64,000 nt of DNA from the human T2T-CHM13v2.0 reference genome, Homo sapiens, in the NCBI RefSeq assembly GCF_009914755.1, contig NC_060927.1. One strand, written 5' to 3'. Positions 29,482 through 43,079 of this stretch are shown here, one piece after another. Both the position numbers and the translations under genes were made by a program. The number at the start of each line of letters is the position of its first letter. Position 1 is the first letter of the stretch. The notes under the pieces were generated by a model. The model worked only from the letters and a program-made list of their open reading frames with translations, was not told the origin of the DNA and did no database searches.

Positions 29482-30847
29482 GCCAACTCTGGCCCCAAAC
29501 CTTGCTAAAAATATTATCAACTATCTTAAACCATTTACCTTAGACAAAAGTATAGGCGATAGAAATTTTTACCCTGGCACAATAGACATAGCACCGTAAG
29601 GGAAAGATGAAAGAACTGTATCAAGCACTAAAAAGCAAAGACAAGCCCTTATACCTTCTGCATAATGTATTAACTAGAAATAACTATACACAGAGAACTT
29701 TAGCCAAGTCCCCCGAAACCAGATGAACTACCCAAGAACAGCTGAAAGAGCACACTCACCTATGTGGCAAAATAGTGGGAAGATGCATGAGTAGCGGTCA
29801 CAAGCCTACCAAGCCTGTTGATAGCTGGTTGTCCAAGATAGAATCTTAGTTCAGCTTTAAACTTACCCACAGAATTACTTAATCTCCCTGTAAGTTTAAC
29901 TGTTAGTCTAAAGAGGGACAGCTCTTTAGACCCTAGGAAACAACCTTCCTACAGAGAGTAAAAAATATTACCACCATAGTTGGCCCAAAAGCAGCCACCG
30001 ATTAAGAAAGCGTTTAAGCTCAACAGCTAACTATCTTAAATTCTAATCAGTCTACTGAACTCCTAACATCACATTGGACTAATCTATTACTTAATAGAAG
30101 CAATAATGTTAATGTAAGTAACATGAAGACATTCTCCATTGCATAAGCTTACATCAGACCAGAATAACCCACTGACAGTTAACAGCCTAATATTAATAAC
30201 CAATATAATAAGCACCCTATTATTTACACTGTTAACCCAACACAGGTATGCTCTAAGGAGAGATTACAAAAAGTAAAAGGAATTCAGCAAATCTTACCCC
30301 GCTTGTTTACCAAAAACATCACCTCTAGCATTACCAGTATTAGAGTCACTGCCTGCCCAGTGACATATGTTCAACAGCCGCGGTATCCTGACCGTGCAAA
30401 GGTAGCATAATCACTTGTTCCCTAAATAGGGACTTGTATGAATGGCCATATGAAGGTTCAGCTGTCTCTTACTTTTAATCAGTGAAATTGACCTATTCGT
30501 GAAGAGGCGGATATAAACAAATAAGATGAGAAAACCCTATGGAGCTTTAATTCATTAATGCAAATAAAAACTCAAACAAGCCTACAGGCCCTAGCCTACT
30601 ATTCCTGCATTAAAAAATTTGGTAGGGGTGAACTTGGAGCATAATTCAACCTCCAAACAACCTAAACTAAGATCGCACTAGTCTTAGTGAGTTAATACAC
30701 ATTGACCCAATAATTTGATCAACGGAATAAGTTACCTTAGGGATAGCAGCGCAATCCCATTCTAGAATCCGTATTGACAATAGAGTTTACAACCTCGATG
30801 TTGGATCAGGACATCCTAACAGTGTAGCCGCTATTAAGGGTTCGTTT
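29482..30847 (+). pseudogene. mt 16S rRNA fragment (MT-RNR2-like, NUMT), 3'-truncated
   Basis: Conserved 16S motifs throughout; similarity ends after GGTTCGTTT. Confidence 0.93.
30442..30516 (+). pseudogene. Humanin-like (MTRNR2L-type) frame broken by a stop at codon 4: MAI*RFSCLLLLISEIDLFVKRRI*
   Basis: Direct translation; aligns codon for codon with humanin [24 protein letters not shown]. Confidence 0.88.
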
Positions 30848-31204
30848 AGCAGTAGGGACGGGGGTTCTACAACTAAGTGAGTAACATCCTACCTGCTATA
30901 TACCTCTTTAATATGTGGGTATATCCTCTCAACTGTATCTCTAGCTCCTTGGAGGAAGCAGGTTTGATATAAGAGAAATGAAAATATGTAAATGGAAGAT
31001 TAAGGTCTGGTTGAGGTGTAACAATTTTTATTCTGTTTTCAGTCCATATTCACTCTTCCTTAAATTTTTCATTAGCCATTAATGCTGTGTTCCTGAAAAA
31101 AGTCAGCAGCTACTCCTAAATGTAGCAAAGGAAGAGACAGTAAATAATTTGCATGAACTCTAGAAATTATACAGAAAGGACTGTTGGCTCTTTTGCTTAA
31201 AAAC

Positions 31205-31839
31205 TGTCAATCGAGAAAAATAACGAGACAAGTCCCTATCATTTTATGAGGTTTATTTGCCAAAGTTAAGGATGTGCACACAGGAGACAGGTCTGTGCCT
31301 TTCTCCGAAGGTGATTTTGAGGGCTCCAAATTTAAAAGGGAAAGGGCAGGCTATTGAGAAGTACACAATTTTCATGTAAGAGGAGGGTAGGGAAAAATAG
31401 TCATTCATGCCTTTGTCTGGCTCAGTGAATCTGCATTTTTTTTTACATCAGGTGACACAGACAAATGGGGCAGAGGAATAATGCAGGGAATCTGCATTTT
31501 TACAGCAGATAATATAGAAAGAGTGGGGCAGGAGAACAATCAGATATTCATTTGTGTCTGGGGGGGGTGGGGGCGGGGTGACTGCACCTGTAAAGATAAG
31601 CTATCAATTTGCATTGCTATGGTGAAATTTTAACAGAAACACCTTAGGGTACAGATCTTGGAGCTCACTAGGAATTTCCATGTGGGCAAAATATGGGGGA
31701 GGCATATAGCTTTTCATCTTGTAGCCATCTTATTTAGGAACTGAAAGGAGAGGCAGGCTTGCATGACCCAGTTCTCAGCTTGACTTTTCCCTTTAGCTTA
31801 GCAATTTGGGAACCCCCCCAGATTTATTTTCCTTTCACA
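31205..31839 (-). mobile_element. MER4A-like ERV1 solo LTR
   Basis: TGT...ACA termini, 4-bp TSD AAAC, aggtttatttgccaaagttaagga motif. Confidence 0.85.
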
Positions 31840-32322
31840 AAACCAACATACATGTCAAAATTTTGGCAAATGCTTGATGCTGCTTACATAGAAAATTATC
31901 ATCTAACTAAGCTGCCTCAGTGATACCAGTTAAGCGGAGGGCAGATCATGTCTGAGATGACAAGACTAAAACAAGGACAAATTTATTTTGTTACCTTTTA
32001 TCCTTCACCCATTCCTCCCTTCCTCTTCCTCCCTATCATTGTCCCTGTCTCATGAGGATAGAAGCACCACGTAATGGCATAATGGTGGATACATCCTTTT
32101 GAAATAAAAGTTACTCTCAGGCATTACATGGCAATAGCTCTACTCACTGCCTTCTCTTCATTGGTCAGCCATTAACCCTGACCTTTTAAAGTCTAATTCC
32201 CTTGCTTCTGACCATTAGTTCACAGAGCGGAAAAAGATGCATTATCACACTAAAAGGGCAGACCACTAGTGTCAGGGAAGGAATTGGTTACAAATAAGAA
32301 AGTTAAAAATAAATTGTCTTTC

Positions 32323-32565
32323 ATAGAGACAGGACATGAATTGGTGGCTGCCAGAGGTTGTGGGAAGGGGGAACAGGAAGAAACTCCTTAATGAGTAAGG
32401 GGTTTTACTTTACAGTGACAGAAATTTATTGAAACTAGATAAAGGTGGTAGTTGTACAACCTCGTGAACATACTAAGTGCCACCAAATTGTTCACTTTAG
32501 AATGGTTTATTTTATGTTATGTGGCTTTCACCTCAATATGTTTTTTAAATAAAATAAAAATAAAT
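32323..32565 (+). mobile_element. L1MB-like 3' end fragment
   Basis: tggtggctgccagagg...gaaactagataaaggtggtagttgtacaac...ttcactttagaatgg plus A-rich tail. Confidence 0.7.
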
Positions 32566-33061
32566 TACCTTAAAGTAACACAGAAAGGTTAAAAACGAAA
32601 GAACAGACAATATTTACTAAACAAATAAAAGCAAAATAGGGCAGAAATAATTACTTTCAAAGAAAGGAGAATTCCAGATAAAAAGCATTGAGAGAAAACA
32701 AGGAGGAAAGATGTTTAAATTTTGATAAAATAAAGTAGTTAAGTCATGAGCCTTTCTTGATTGATTTGGCAGATAGTAGAGCAACACAATTTATGGTGCA
32801 ACGGTTGGTGACTTTAAAACTCCCTTATCAGCCTTTGACAGCCCAAATAACCCATAAATAAATACAAATTAGAGAACAGTGTAACTGTTAAGCTTTAATT
32901 AAGATGTTTATCTAACTATGCTTTATAGATCATTCACTGTCTTTCCAGGCATCAATGGACCATTTATAAAAATTGACTTTATACCAAATCACAAAGAATA
33001 CCTCAATAAATTCCAAAAAGTAAACAAACCCTCTATGATAACAATGCCAAACATAATCTAG

Positions 33062-33260
33062 GGCAGTGCTGTCTAATAGAACTTTGTGTAATGAGGGTAA
33101 TGGTCTATATCTGCAGTGACCAGTACAGTGGCCACTAGCCACGTGTGGCTACTGAGCACTTGAAATGTGGCTACTGCATTGAGGGAACTGATTTTTAAAT
33201 TTTAGTTAATCTGAATGTAAATAGCCACATGTAGCTAGTGGCCACCATGTTGGACAGGGC
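33062..33260. mobile_element. MER3-like hAT MITE
   Basis: cagtgctgtctaatagaac...gccactagccacgtgtggctactgagcacttgaaatgtggc; flanking AATCTAG repeat. Confidence 0.8.
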
Positions 33261-34107
33261 CAATCTAGAAAATCAGAACAAAAGTTAAAAAACAGAAACC
33301 CTACTTAGAAGTTAAAAAGCACTTGTACTCATATACACAACTGTCCATACACATACACATGCAACACACACACTTCAAAATAACTACTGAATTAGAAAAA
33401 TCCACAGGGCACTTACTTACAAAATGAAAACATTACATATATCAAAGCAAATAGGATACATATAAAACTACACTGCGTCAAATTTATAATATTAAATATT
33501 TTGTTCCTTGTTAAAGAAAATTCCCGACATCAAAAATAAACCCAAAAAACATTTAATTAAGACCAGAAATTATAGAAATGATCTCTCTACATCTACATCT
33601 AGAAGTTATTTGAAAAAAAAAATATTTTGTAAGTCACATAAAAAAACTGCAAACTAGATTATATAAAAGGATGTCAATTTTTTATATATACAATGTGATG
33701 TAAAACTATTCTGATAAATTTAGAATCAATACTAGTCAAATCAGAATCAAATCAGAAAAATAGCAAAAACTAACTTAAGAAATAAAAAGAAACTTAAAAT
33801 TTATTAAACCTTTCAAAAACATTCTGTGGCCAAATGATTTTGCTGATTTTTTTTTTAAGGAACAATTCCCATACCATATAAAATATTCCAGGTCATCAAA
33901 ATATTGAAAACTAAAAGATTCATGTTGTGAAGCTATCATAACCTCAATCATGAAAGCCTGCTCCGTGGCTGGTAAGCATGTATACATGTTCTGTGCCCAT
34001 CACACACAGGCACATACAGACACACAAAAATCGTTACACCAGTTGTACTTCTTCAGAGATGAAGAATATGAAATAAAATATTAGCCAATTAAAGAGAAGT
34101 GCATTCA

Positions 34108-34420
<313 letters not shown>

Positions 34421-34473
34421 AACAGGTAGGTTTTGTGGGAATGCAAGGATAGCTTAAATACTGTGATATCAAT

Positions 34474-34613
34474 CCCATTTATGCTGGAGATTGCAGTTTT
34501 TTTAATTTTTGCATGAGTGAAAAATCAGACCTTGGTGATGACCTTGAGCAGTAGGATATAAATAACTCTCATATGCTTAGCATTCCAATAATGGAACACT
34601 AGGCATAAGTGGA
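34474..34613. mobile_element. MER85 piggyBac-derived MITE
   Basis: ~140 bp, TIRs CCCATTTATGC / GCATAAGTGG, internal GAAAAATCAGACCTTGG and palindrome TTCCAATAATGGAA; degenerate TTAA flanks. Confidence 0.85.
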
Positions 34614-35213
34614 TTTTAATAAATCACATCAACAGTTCAATAAGAAAAGTCATTTCTTCCCAAATTAATTTGTAGCTTAATCCAATTTTCATAAAAAACT
34701 CGGTGAAATTTTCCTTGAATTAAAGTTCATATAATAATAAATCAGAAAGAATAGACAAAAGCACTTTGCAAAATTACAAAGATTTTCCTCCCAGATTTTA
34801 AGACAAATTAAAAGCTGAAATGAAACTGATCATTAATGAAATAAATAGCCCAGAAATAGATACAACCACATATGAGAATGTGTTATATTATCTTTATAAA
34901 AGATTTAGAAACTAGTAAAGAAGGTATGGATTATTAAACAAGAACACTGTGCTTGGAATACTGGACATTGGGATGGTAGTGGGAAAGAAGGCACATTTGA
35001 TCATTACCTTATTCCAAATACCAAAATTAATTTCAGGTGGATTAAGAAGCATGCATTTAAAAATGACATCAGTTTCTAAATGTTGTGAAACATCTAACTG
35101 GTCAAAAAGCATGAATAGCTTTTGATATTAAAAAGCAGTAAACATTATTTTTCATTGCTTCTTCTCACTCTTCCCAAGTGGCTGATGGGAGTGTGTTCAA
35201 TGTCTCACCTCAG

Positions 35214-35246
35214 GAGCCTGCTCTGGAGTCAGCTGTGATGTACTGA
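35214..35246 (+). CDS. MYRIP: MYRIP last exon, coding part (EPALESAVMY*)
   Basis: cctcag|GAG acceptor, TGA at 35244-35246; matches the recalled MYRIP C-terminus. Confidence 0.88.
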   Translation, partial: EPALESAVMY

Positions 35247-36524
35247 CACCATGGAATTCCACTGCCAGTGACCCACTGCCTCCGGCCGTACACGACAGTG
35301 CCTTGACCCAACAGCCATCGAGTACTGTATGTATTTCCACCTGAGGAGAAGGCCTGGGGAGGCCACAGTGCACCATTGCACAGGGCTGTCCTGATACCTC
35401 ATCCAGAAAGCCGTCTCAGACTTCAGCACTGCGGTCTTGCCCACTCTCTGCCTTAGGCTCCCAGGGGAATCCAAGACAGAAAATGAAGACACTGGCTTCC
35501 AACAGCAGCGCTCCATGTTTAAGATACATATTTTCCCTGTTTGCTTTGCTACTGTATGTTGACTTTAAGATCTTTTTTTAAATACATTTGATTCAGCTAG
35601 TATTCCATGTCAACAATTTGTCCAAAGGAAAACTGCTGGAGGGAGGTGGAGGGAGGAAGGTGGGAATTATTATTTAATACATCATTAATGCTTATTAATC
35701 TCTCACAAGCATCTTTGTCTTGCAAATCCTAAGGGAAAAGCAAGTCCCTGCAGTGAGCACTAGGGACAGTCTAATTTGGGGATTGCTCAACCATCAAGAC
35801 TGCAGGTCTCCCTTCAGCCACCTCCTTCCTGCTAAAAGCTTAGCCTACCACACTACCAGTCATTCCCATCGCTTTGCAATCACAAGCCACAGGATGAGAA
35901 GTTCTGACTCACTCATGCCATGCCCAGGGCTATCTGAAACAATGTCTCATTAAGAATTTAGGGTTCTTCCATGGGCTTACTGACAGTTGCCCAGATCTGA
36001 AGGGGAAAGGGTCTTGAGAAAGACCATCACTGGCTCAACTTTAGGGCACTGTCCAGAGTCAACATGATGTGGTTTAGCAGTGATCACATCTAAACAAAGT
36101 TTAGGTAAATGAATTATCGCAGAGAAAAACCACATGAGAAAATTTTTGTACTCCAAATTTACTTCCCAATAAATATTCAGCAAAGTAGTAAAATGACCTT
36201 AAAGATAAAAATGATTAGGGAATAGCCTTAGAAAATTTATAGGTATAAAAAATTCAAGGACAAACTGTGCATTTAATGGACACAAGAATTGACTCTAACT
36301 CCATGTCTGTGGTTTCTTTGAACCCATATCAAATGTATGACTATTTAGAGTGTTTATAAGAGATAATGGAACTGAACTTTCACTCAATTAATTGGGCATT
36401 AACAACCTTCTTTTATGTTTGTTCCTGATATAGTCTGAATCTTAGGAAGAAGGTAAAAGAAAGGAGGCAAGAGAATAGTTATGATGAATATGTGTTAAGT
36501 GCCTGCTCTGAAGGAGGCAATGTT

Positions 36525-36625
36525 CTTCTCATTTGAATCCTTATGGCAACCTTATTCAATAGGTTTTCCCATATTTCAGATTTAATAACTGAAGGCCAGA
36601 GAGATTAATTTGCCAAAGCCACACC
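36525..36625 (-). mobile_element. MIR remnant within the MYRIP 3' UTR
   Basis: ctcatttgaatcctt...actgaaggccagagagattaatttgccaaagccacac. Confidence 0.5.
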
Positions 36626-37395
36626 TTTATGCTAATTATGATTGGAATGCATCACAAAAGCCTAACTCTGTTGTTTTCAACCTCTACGTTATTTTGCTGC
36701 TATGTGCATTTCCAGATCTGATTTTCTGCTAACTTGTGTGCTATGATCCACTCCTGATGGGGGTCTACATTAATCTTCCAGTACTCCTTGCTGATGCTGT
36801 GTTATGTGTCATCTAACAGAAATGACTCCTTTGAAATAAGTAAATCTTTGGCTTTTTGTTCTGTTGGTGTGATTCAAAGCAAAACAAACAAACAAAAACA
36901 AATTTTAAGAACACAACAAAAAAGATTTGACTTCCGAATAGAATGTTTTCTTTAAGAGGCATGAAAAGCAACTATTGTTGTGTTACAGTGTTAAAAATAT
37001 TCAGTTTTCTTTGACAAAAATGTGTACTGTGTAAGCCTTGCAAACAAAAAACAACAAAAAAGAAGCAGCAGCAGCAGCCTGCTGTGTGGCATCTGAACTT
37101 TTATAAAGGTTTCCTTGTGCCAAATAAGTGCAAAGATTTAATTTACTATTAAAAACCATAAGCATATGTTATAGTTCCAGAAGAATTATTTTGTCATCAA
37201 GTGATTTTGATCTTTAGTGTCAATATTTATATTTAGATTAATTTTTATAAATGAAAATATTTTAATGGTTTAAGAAAATGAGGACAACAGGATAATATCT
37301 TTGATGACTTCTGAAAGTTATGCTTCCCTTCATGTTATATGCACATTGCCAAGAATTACTGTCAAGAGAAATGATAAGTAAAAGTCATTTATGAA

Positions 37396-37401
37396 AATAA
37401 A
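37396..37401 (+). terminator. Distal polyadenylation signal AATAAA
   Basis: Canonical hexamer with downstream TGTGTGTGTG and T-rich element; repeats resume shortly after. Confidence 0.7.
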
Positions 37402-37784
37402 GATTGTGTGTGTGCAATTTTTTGGTTAAGGGAGACTAGGAGTGAGTAGGGGATAGGGAAAGAAGTCATGTGGCTAGTAACTGGAGGGGCCAAGATTCAA
37501 TACCTTCCTTCCAGTTATACTGCTCTCCCCTCCATTGCAAGTTGTCCAGACAACAGAATTTCCCAGTGACTACCTCCACTCAAGTGGTCACCCAATCAAG
37601 TGGTCACCCAAGTAAACCAGCAGTTCTCAAAGGGAGGTACAGTGTGATTTTTGCCCCTCAGGGAATATTTGACAATGTCTGGAGACATTTTTGATTGTAA
37701 CAACTAAGGGTGTGCTGCCACTGGCATCTAGTGGGCAGAAAACAGGGATACTGCTAAACATCCTACAATGCATAGGACAGCCCC

Positions 37785-38178
37785 TGTCTTAGTCCATTTC
37801 ATGTTGCTATAACAGAATAACACAGACTGGGTGGGTGATTTACAAAGAAAAAACTGTATTCCTATAGTTCTGGAAACTGGGAAGTCTAAGGTCAAAGGGC
37901 CTGCATCTAGCAAGGGCCTTCTTGCTGTGTCATCCCATGGCAGAAGGCAGAAGGGTAAGAAAGCATGCATGAGAGAGAGCAAGAGAAAGCCAAACTCACG
38001 TTTATAACAAACCCACTCTTATAATAATGAACCTACTCCTATGATAACAATGTTAATCCATTCATAAGGGCAGAACCCTCATGACCTAAACGCTCTTAAA
38101 GTTCTCACCTTTCAATACTATTGCATTGGGGATTAAGTTTCTAACACATGAACTTTGGGAGACATTCAAACCATAGCA
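37785..38178 (-). mobile_element. MST (MaLR) solo LTR nested in MER20
   Basis: TGTCTTAGTCC...CAAACCATAGCA; 5-bp TSD GCCCC; MER20 halves at ~37618-37784 and 38179-38235. Confidence 0.85.
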
Positions 38179-38476
38179 GCCCCCTACAACGAAGATTAAC
38201 CTGAAATGTCAATAGTGGTGAGGCTGAGAACCCTGAGTTAGACCCTAGTGGTAAACCTGGACATCAATGGAGAAGCCCCTGTCAACCTCCAGGGGGATTG
38301 TATAGCTGAGCAGGAAGCAGTGACTCTCTCAGTCTTTTGCAGGCTCAGTGGAGGTTGTTGCATCTTTAAGGCTGGCATGCCCAGAGCACTCAAGCCAGAC
38401 ACTGACCCCTGTCATCCCCAAATATGAATACGAACCTTCCACTAACCTAAAATAAATGAATATATGAAAATATTAA

Positions 38477-38947
<471 letters not shown>

Positions 38948-40001
38948 TCCACCTCAATGTTTCTCATTTACATTTCTAACAAACTTCAGGTGATATTGAT
39001 GCTGCTGATCTAGGGAGCACACTTTGAGAACCTCCGACCTAGGAGCAAGGTGGAGGGCAACCAACTTGCTTTAAGAGATTCCACCTGCACCTGGGTTATC
39101 CTAGGGAAGCTAATGCTTGGAAAAGCTAGAAAGCCAGGGAGCCGGGATTTAAAGGAAGCTCCCTCAAAACTGTAAAGCCCAAACCTTTCCCCTCCACTCA
39201 AAAGTAGGGACTGTCTCTAACTGCACTGCTAGGCAAAGAGGAATCTGAGAAAGAATGTATCCTTCATGGAACAACAACCCAGCCAAACACTAGCTACTGT
39301 ACTCTCCACATAATTCAAGTAATATTCCATACATTCAACTTCCAGGATAATTAGTATTTAAAGCACATAGTGAACCACAACTAGCAATGTCATGTGACAC
39401 AGGTAAAGCTATTTTTTTCAAAGTATGGAGTAAGTTGAGAATATTCACTAAGGAAATCTCAGGCTGCAGACATTGCTGCTGAGCAGCAGCATGGAATGGA
39501 GGTGCAGAGCATGTGAGCAGCACTAACTCACATGCAGCTTGTCAGACAAAGACAGATGGCAGGGAAACAGATCTCCATCACAAGCACCAAGGACTGCTAG
39601 GGCACCAAAATTTGTGGTTCAAACAAGAGGCCCAGGAAAAGCTGGGAAAACAGCCCATTTGGCAACAGGGAAAGGGAGGAAGGGCAATCTCAATCATTAG
39701 ATGCCTGCCATGTGCCAGGTGCTGCTGAGTCCTTATACATCAATTATATCTTTACAATCTCTGAGGAAGTTCACAGCAATCCCACTTTATACCCAAGAAA
39801 ATGAGGCCCTAAATGGAATTGGTGAATAGGGCAGCATTTTCTAGAACCAAAGTTTCCCTAAACAAATAGTAAGATTGGATCATATCTGGTTGAAATGAGA
39901 CTTTTCCTAACATAATTTAATATAAAGAAAATACCTGAGGTTATTAAAACAAAATAAATACAGTATTAGTGGTTGTCCACAGAAAGGAACACTGCTGGCT
40001 G

Positions 40002-40327
40002 GTGACATGGACTCCCTCCTTGACCAAATTATTCAGGCTTCTCTGAGTCCTCTTCTCAATTAGGCCTTGTCCTTGGCCTGCCAACACAAGTTTAGCAAGT
40101 CAGTTTAGTGAGAACCCCCACCCTTAATATCTAATCAAGTTCCTCTTAATAATTTTCTATCCACTGATTTCCTCACCAAGTCCATTGGCTAAAAATCCCC
40201 AGCTACCTTTGCTATATTCAGAGTTGACTTTGGTTATATGCTGAAGTCTCTCTTCCCTACTGCAATAGCTCAAATAAAATCTGTCTTGCCATTTTTAACA
40301 AGTATCCAGTGTAATTTCTCTTTGATA
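40002..40327 (+). mobile_element. ERV1 LTR (MER31/MER67-like)
   Basis: gactccctccttgaccaaa...AATAAAatctgtcttgcc. Confidence 0.55.
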
Positions 40328-40919
40328 GTGGCTTGAGGTGAAAGGGAAATTTGTCACCAAAGACCTTTTTGTACCATCTACGTTTTGAGTCATAGGAACA
40401 TATTGCCTATTTAAAATAAACAGGAAAAAGGGGGAAATTATTCTTGATCCTCAACAACCAACCTGTGAAGGACTGGGTAAATATATAGCAGCTTCAACCA
40501 TTGAAGTATCTGTTCTTAAGGAATAAAAGATGCATTACACTGGATGAGGAAGCTACCATTTGCATAAAATACTATGCTAACCACACATCATTCTTATCTA
40601 TAAAAGTAACTCTTGTGAGGCTCTCAGAAAGACAATGTGTCTGACTAGACTGACTCCTCCACCATTAATCTGAATGAAATTTGTGTGGGATTGTAGACCA
40701 AGATTTTCATACACACATCCACACACAGCCTATCGTTTGCAGCATAAAATTGAAATGCAGAGCTTCTCAGGAGAAAAACGTTTGTAAGAATGAGTTTGAA
40801 TTACACCTTTGGTTTGGAATTGAACTGTTTGTTTGGCTTTCTCTCCTAAGCTGTATACTCAGAAAGGAAAACAAAAAAGTTCAATACTGCCAGGAATATT
40901 TGCTGTTTGTCACAGATGA

Positions 40920-41245
<326 letters not shown>

Positions 41246-41259
41246 GAGGAGGAATTTTT

Positions 41260-42420
41260 TTAAGGAACACTATGGCCAGAAGTCAACTGGAAGCTAATAT
41301 TCAGGCTATGCATACATTTTTTAAGGCCCCTCTGTTCTATTAAATCTTGCTTCTCCCATGGGAACGTCTTAGTCAACTGAAATTCCTTTTCTAAAAGCCC
41401 TGCTAACTTTATATGCTCTGCCCCTCTGTCCACTTTCTTCCTTGTTGGCATGATTTTTGACTATTTGAATATTGAGCAAATGAAAAATTGTAAAGGTCTT
41501 TTCTACAAATATTAAAGGCTTTATTCAAATTGGCTTAGAGATAAATGAGTATACCTAAAATTCCTAGAAATATAGGAACTAGTCTAAATGCTTTTCAGGT
41601 TTACATGACTTGAGTAAATCTGTAATAAGACTCGTTTAATATTGTCAGTTTAATGAGAACATTTGTGTCTTCTGAGTTGTCAACAATACTCATGTACTTA
41701 ACTTTAGGGCTCTTGCATTGTCATGACTGCCTGACATGCATGTGCTGTCAAGATGGATAATAGGAAAATAACTTGAGGTGATGGCAGCTTTGTCTCATGT
41801 CTCATGTAATTTTCATGAGTGTTCCAAGCATAATTGTTAAGAATGAGTGAATTAAATAGATGTAACTGAAATAAAAGTTTATAAATGTAGTTTTAAACAA
41901 TAATTATATTTTAAAATGTCTGCTTTCAAAAGTGTCCCAAATTTCTTTGGTAACCATACCCTTCGAATTTTTCTAAGTTAAAATTTAAATCTAGATCATT
42001 TCCAAGTAAGGTAAAATACTGAAACATTATTGCTTAACATAAGTTTTAAAGTATATATACTTCAGCATCTCATTTTCATGCCATATCAAAAAGCTAAACA
42101 TATTTGAGTCTGTTAATATACAAAGCAGTAATCCAGATAAGCCACTTGCTCAAGGATACTTGCCTGACACCAGCTGTCTCCACCAAAAAGCTAATGCCAA
42201 CTCCTGCAACAAGCCCCTATAACCAATGGTCCTTGTTTCAAAACAGCTTATGTGGGTTTCTCCTTTGTGTCTTTAAAAGCTTTCCCCTTTCCCCAAACAC
42301 CTTGGATGCACTTATGATCCATCATAGCATGTATATCTTGGATTGCAATCTCCTGCTCTTCCCAAATAAACTCTCTGCTTTGGAAAGTCAGTCTCTCTAT
42401 TGCTCATTTTATGCTGACAA
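41260..42420 (+). mobile_element. MER4-group ERV1 internal fragment plus partial LTR (MER34-like, ~42120-42420)
   Basis: MER4-group internal-like AT-rich sequence; LTR end with cccaaataaactc...gctgaca. Confidence 0.5.
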
Positions 42421-43079
42421 CTACCATTAGTGTGCCTGGCACAATAATGTTTGCTAAACATTAACAGCAAACAAGCTAACATTTAAATGGTCAGACACAG
42501 ATCAGGAGTGGAGATTAAAGAGAACATCAGTAGACCATGTGAAATCCTCTCCAGGAAGGCAATTCCTGGCTAAAATTCCTGACTTCCTCATCTTCCCACC
42601 CACATCCCATTCCCATCAGTTGGCAAGAAATGTAAGACAGTAAAGACAGTCCAGCTACATCTGAGTTATATATATTGATCTTTCACAAAGGGTATTCTAT
42701 TCACTGAAATTTTGATAAAACATTAAATTACAGGAGACATTTGGTGTATTTCTTTAAAAATAACTTCTACATGACAGCCGCTCTATTTTTCTCTGAGGGA
42801 AAATACTTCCCATACAAAATTTGCATTTTACAGAACAGTTGGCTGTGTGAGCCTTCTGTCTCGGCAATTGAGTTGTAATTATGATAAAGTACAGGTAAAT
42901 GGAGTTGCATTTTAAATAGCTTTCTAAGGGCTGAAAAAACTTTAATATGCACTTCAAATATTGGAAACCTCAAAAAAGTTATAGAAGTATCCAGTTTAGT
43001 GGAACCAAATCCTAAAATAGTTTTTAAAAAATGTTTTGTATCAAAGTTGTTATGTTTGGCAAAGATGAAAGATTTAAGG

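Larger units (their letters stand above)
29227..30847 (+). pseudogene. NUMT: nuclear copy of mtDNA spanning 3' 12S rRNA, tRNA-Val and most of 16S rRNA
   Basis: Collinear mitochondrial motifs: AAGTCGTAACATGGTAAGTGTACTGGAAA, TGTTTACCAAAAACATCACCTCTAGC, ACCTCGATGTTGGATCAGGACATCC. Many substitutions relative to human mtDNA indicate an old insertion. Confidence 0.97.
35247..37420 (+). other. MYRIP: MYRIP 3' UTR (end approximate)
   Basis: Follows the stop codon; AU-rich; ends near AATAAA 37396-37401, which is followed by GT/T-rich sequence. Confidence 0.75.

Noticed and set aside
29227-30847. Functional rRNA/tRNA genes or MOTS-c
   Set aside because: Truncated, diverged nuclear copy. The MOTS-c region of 12S lies upstream of where the NUMT starts.
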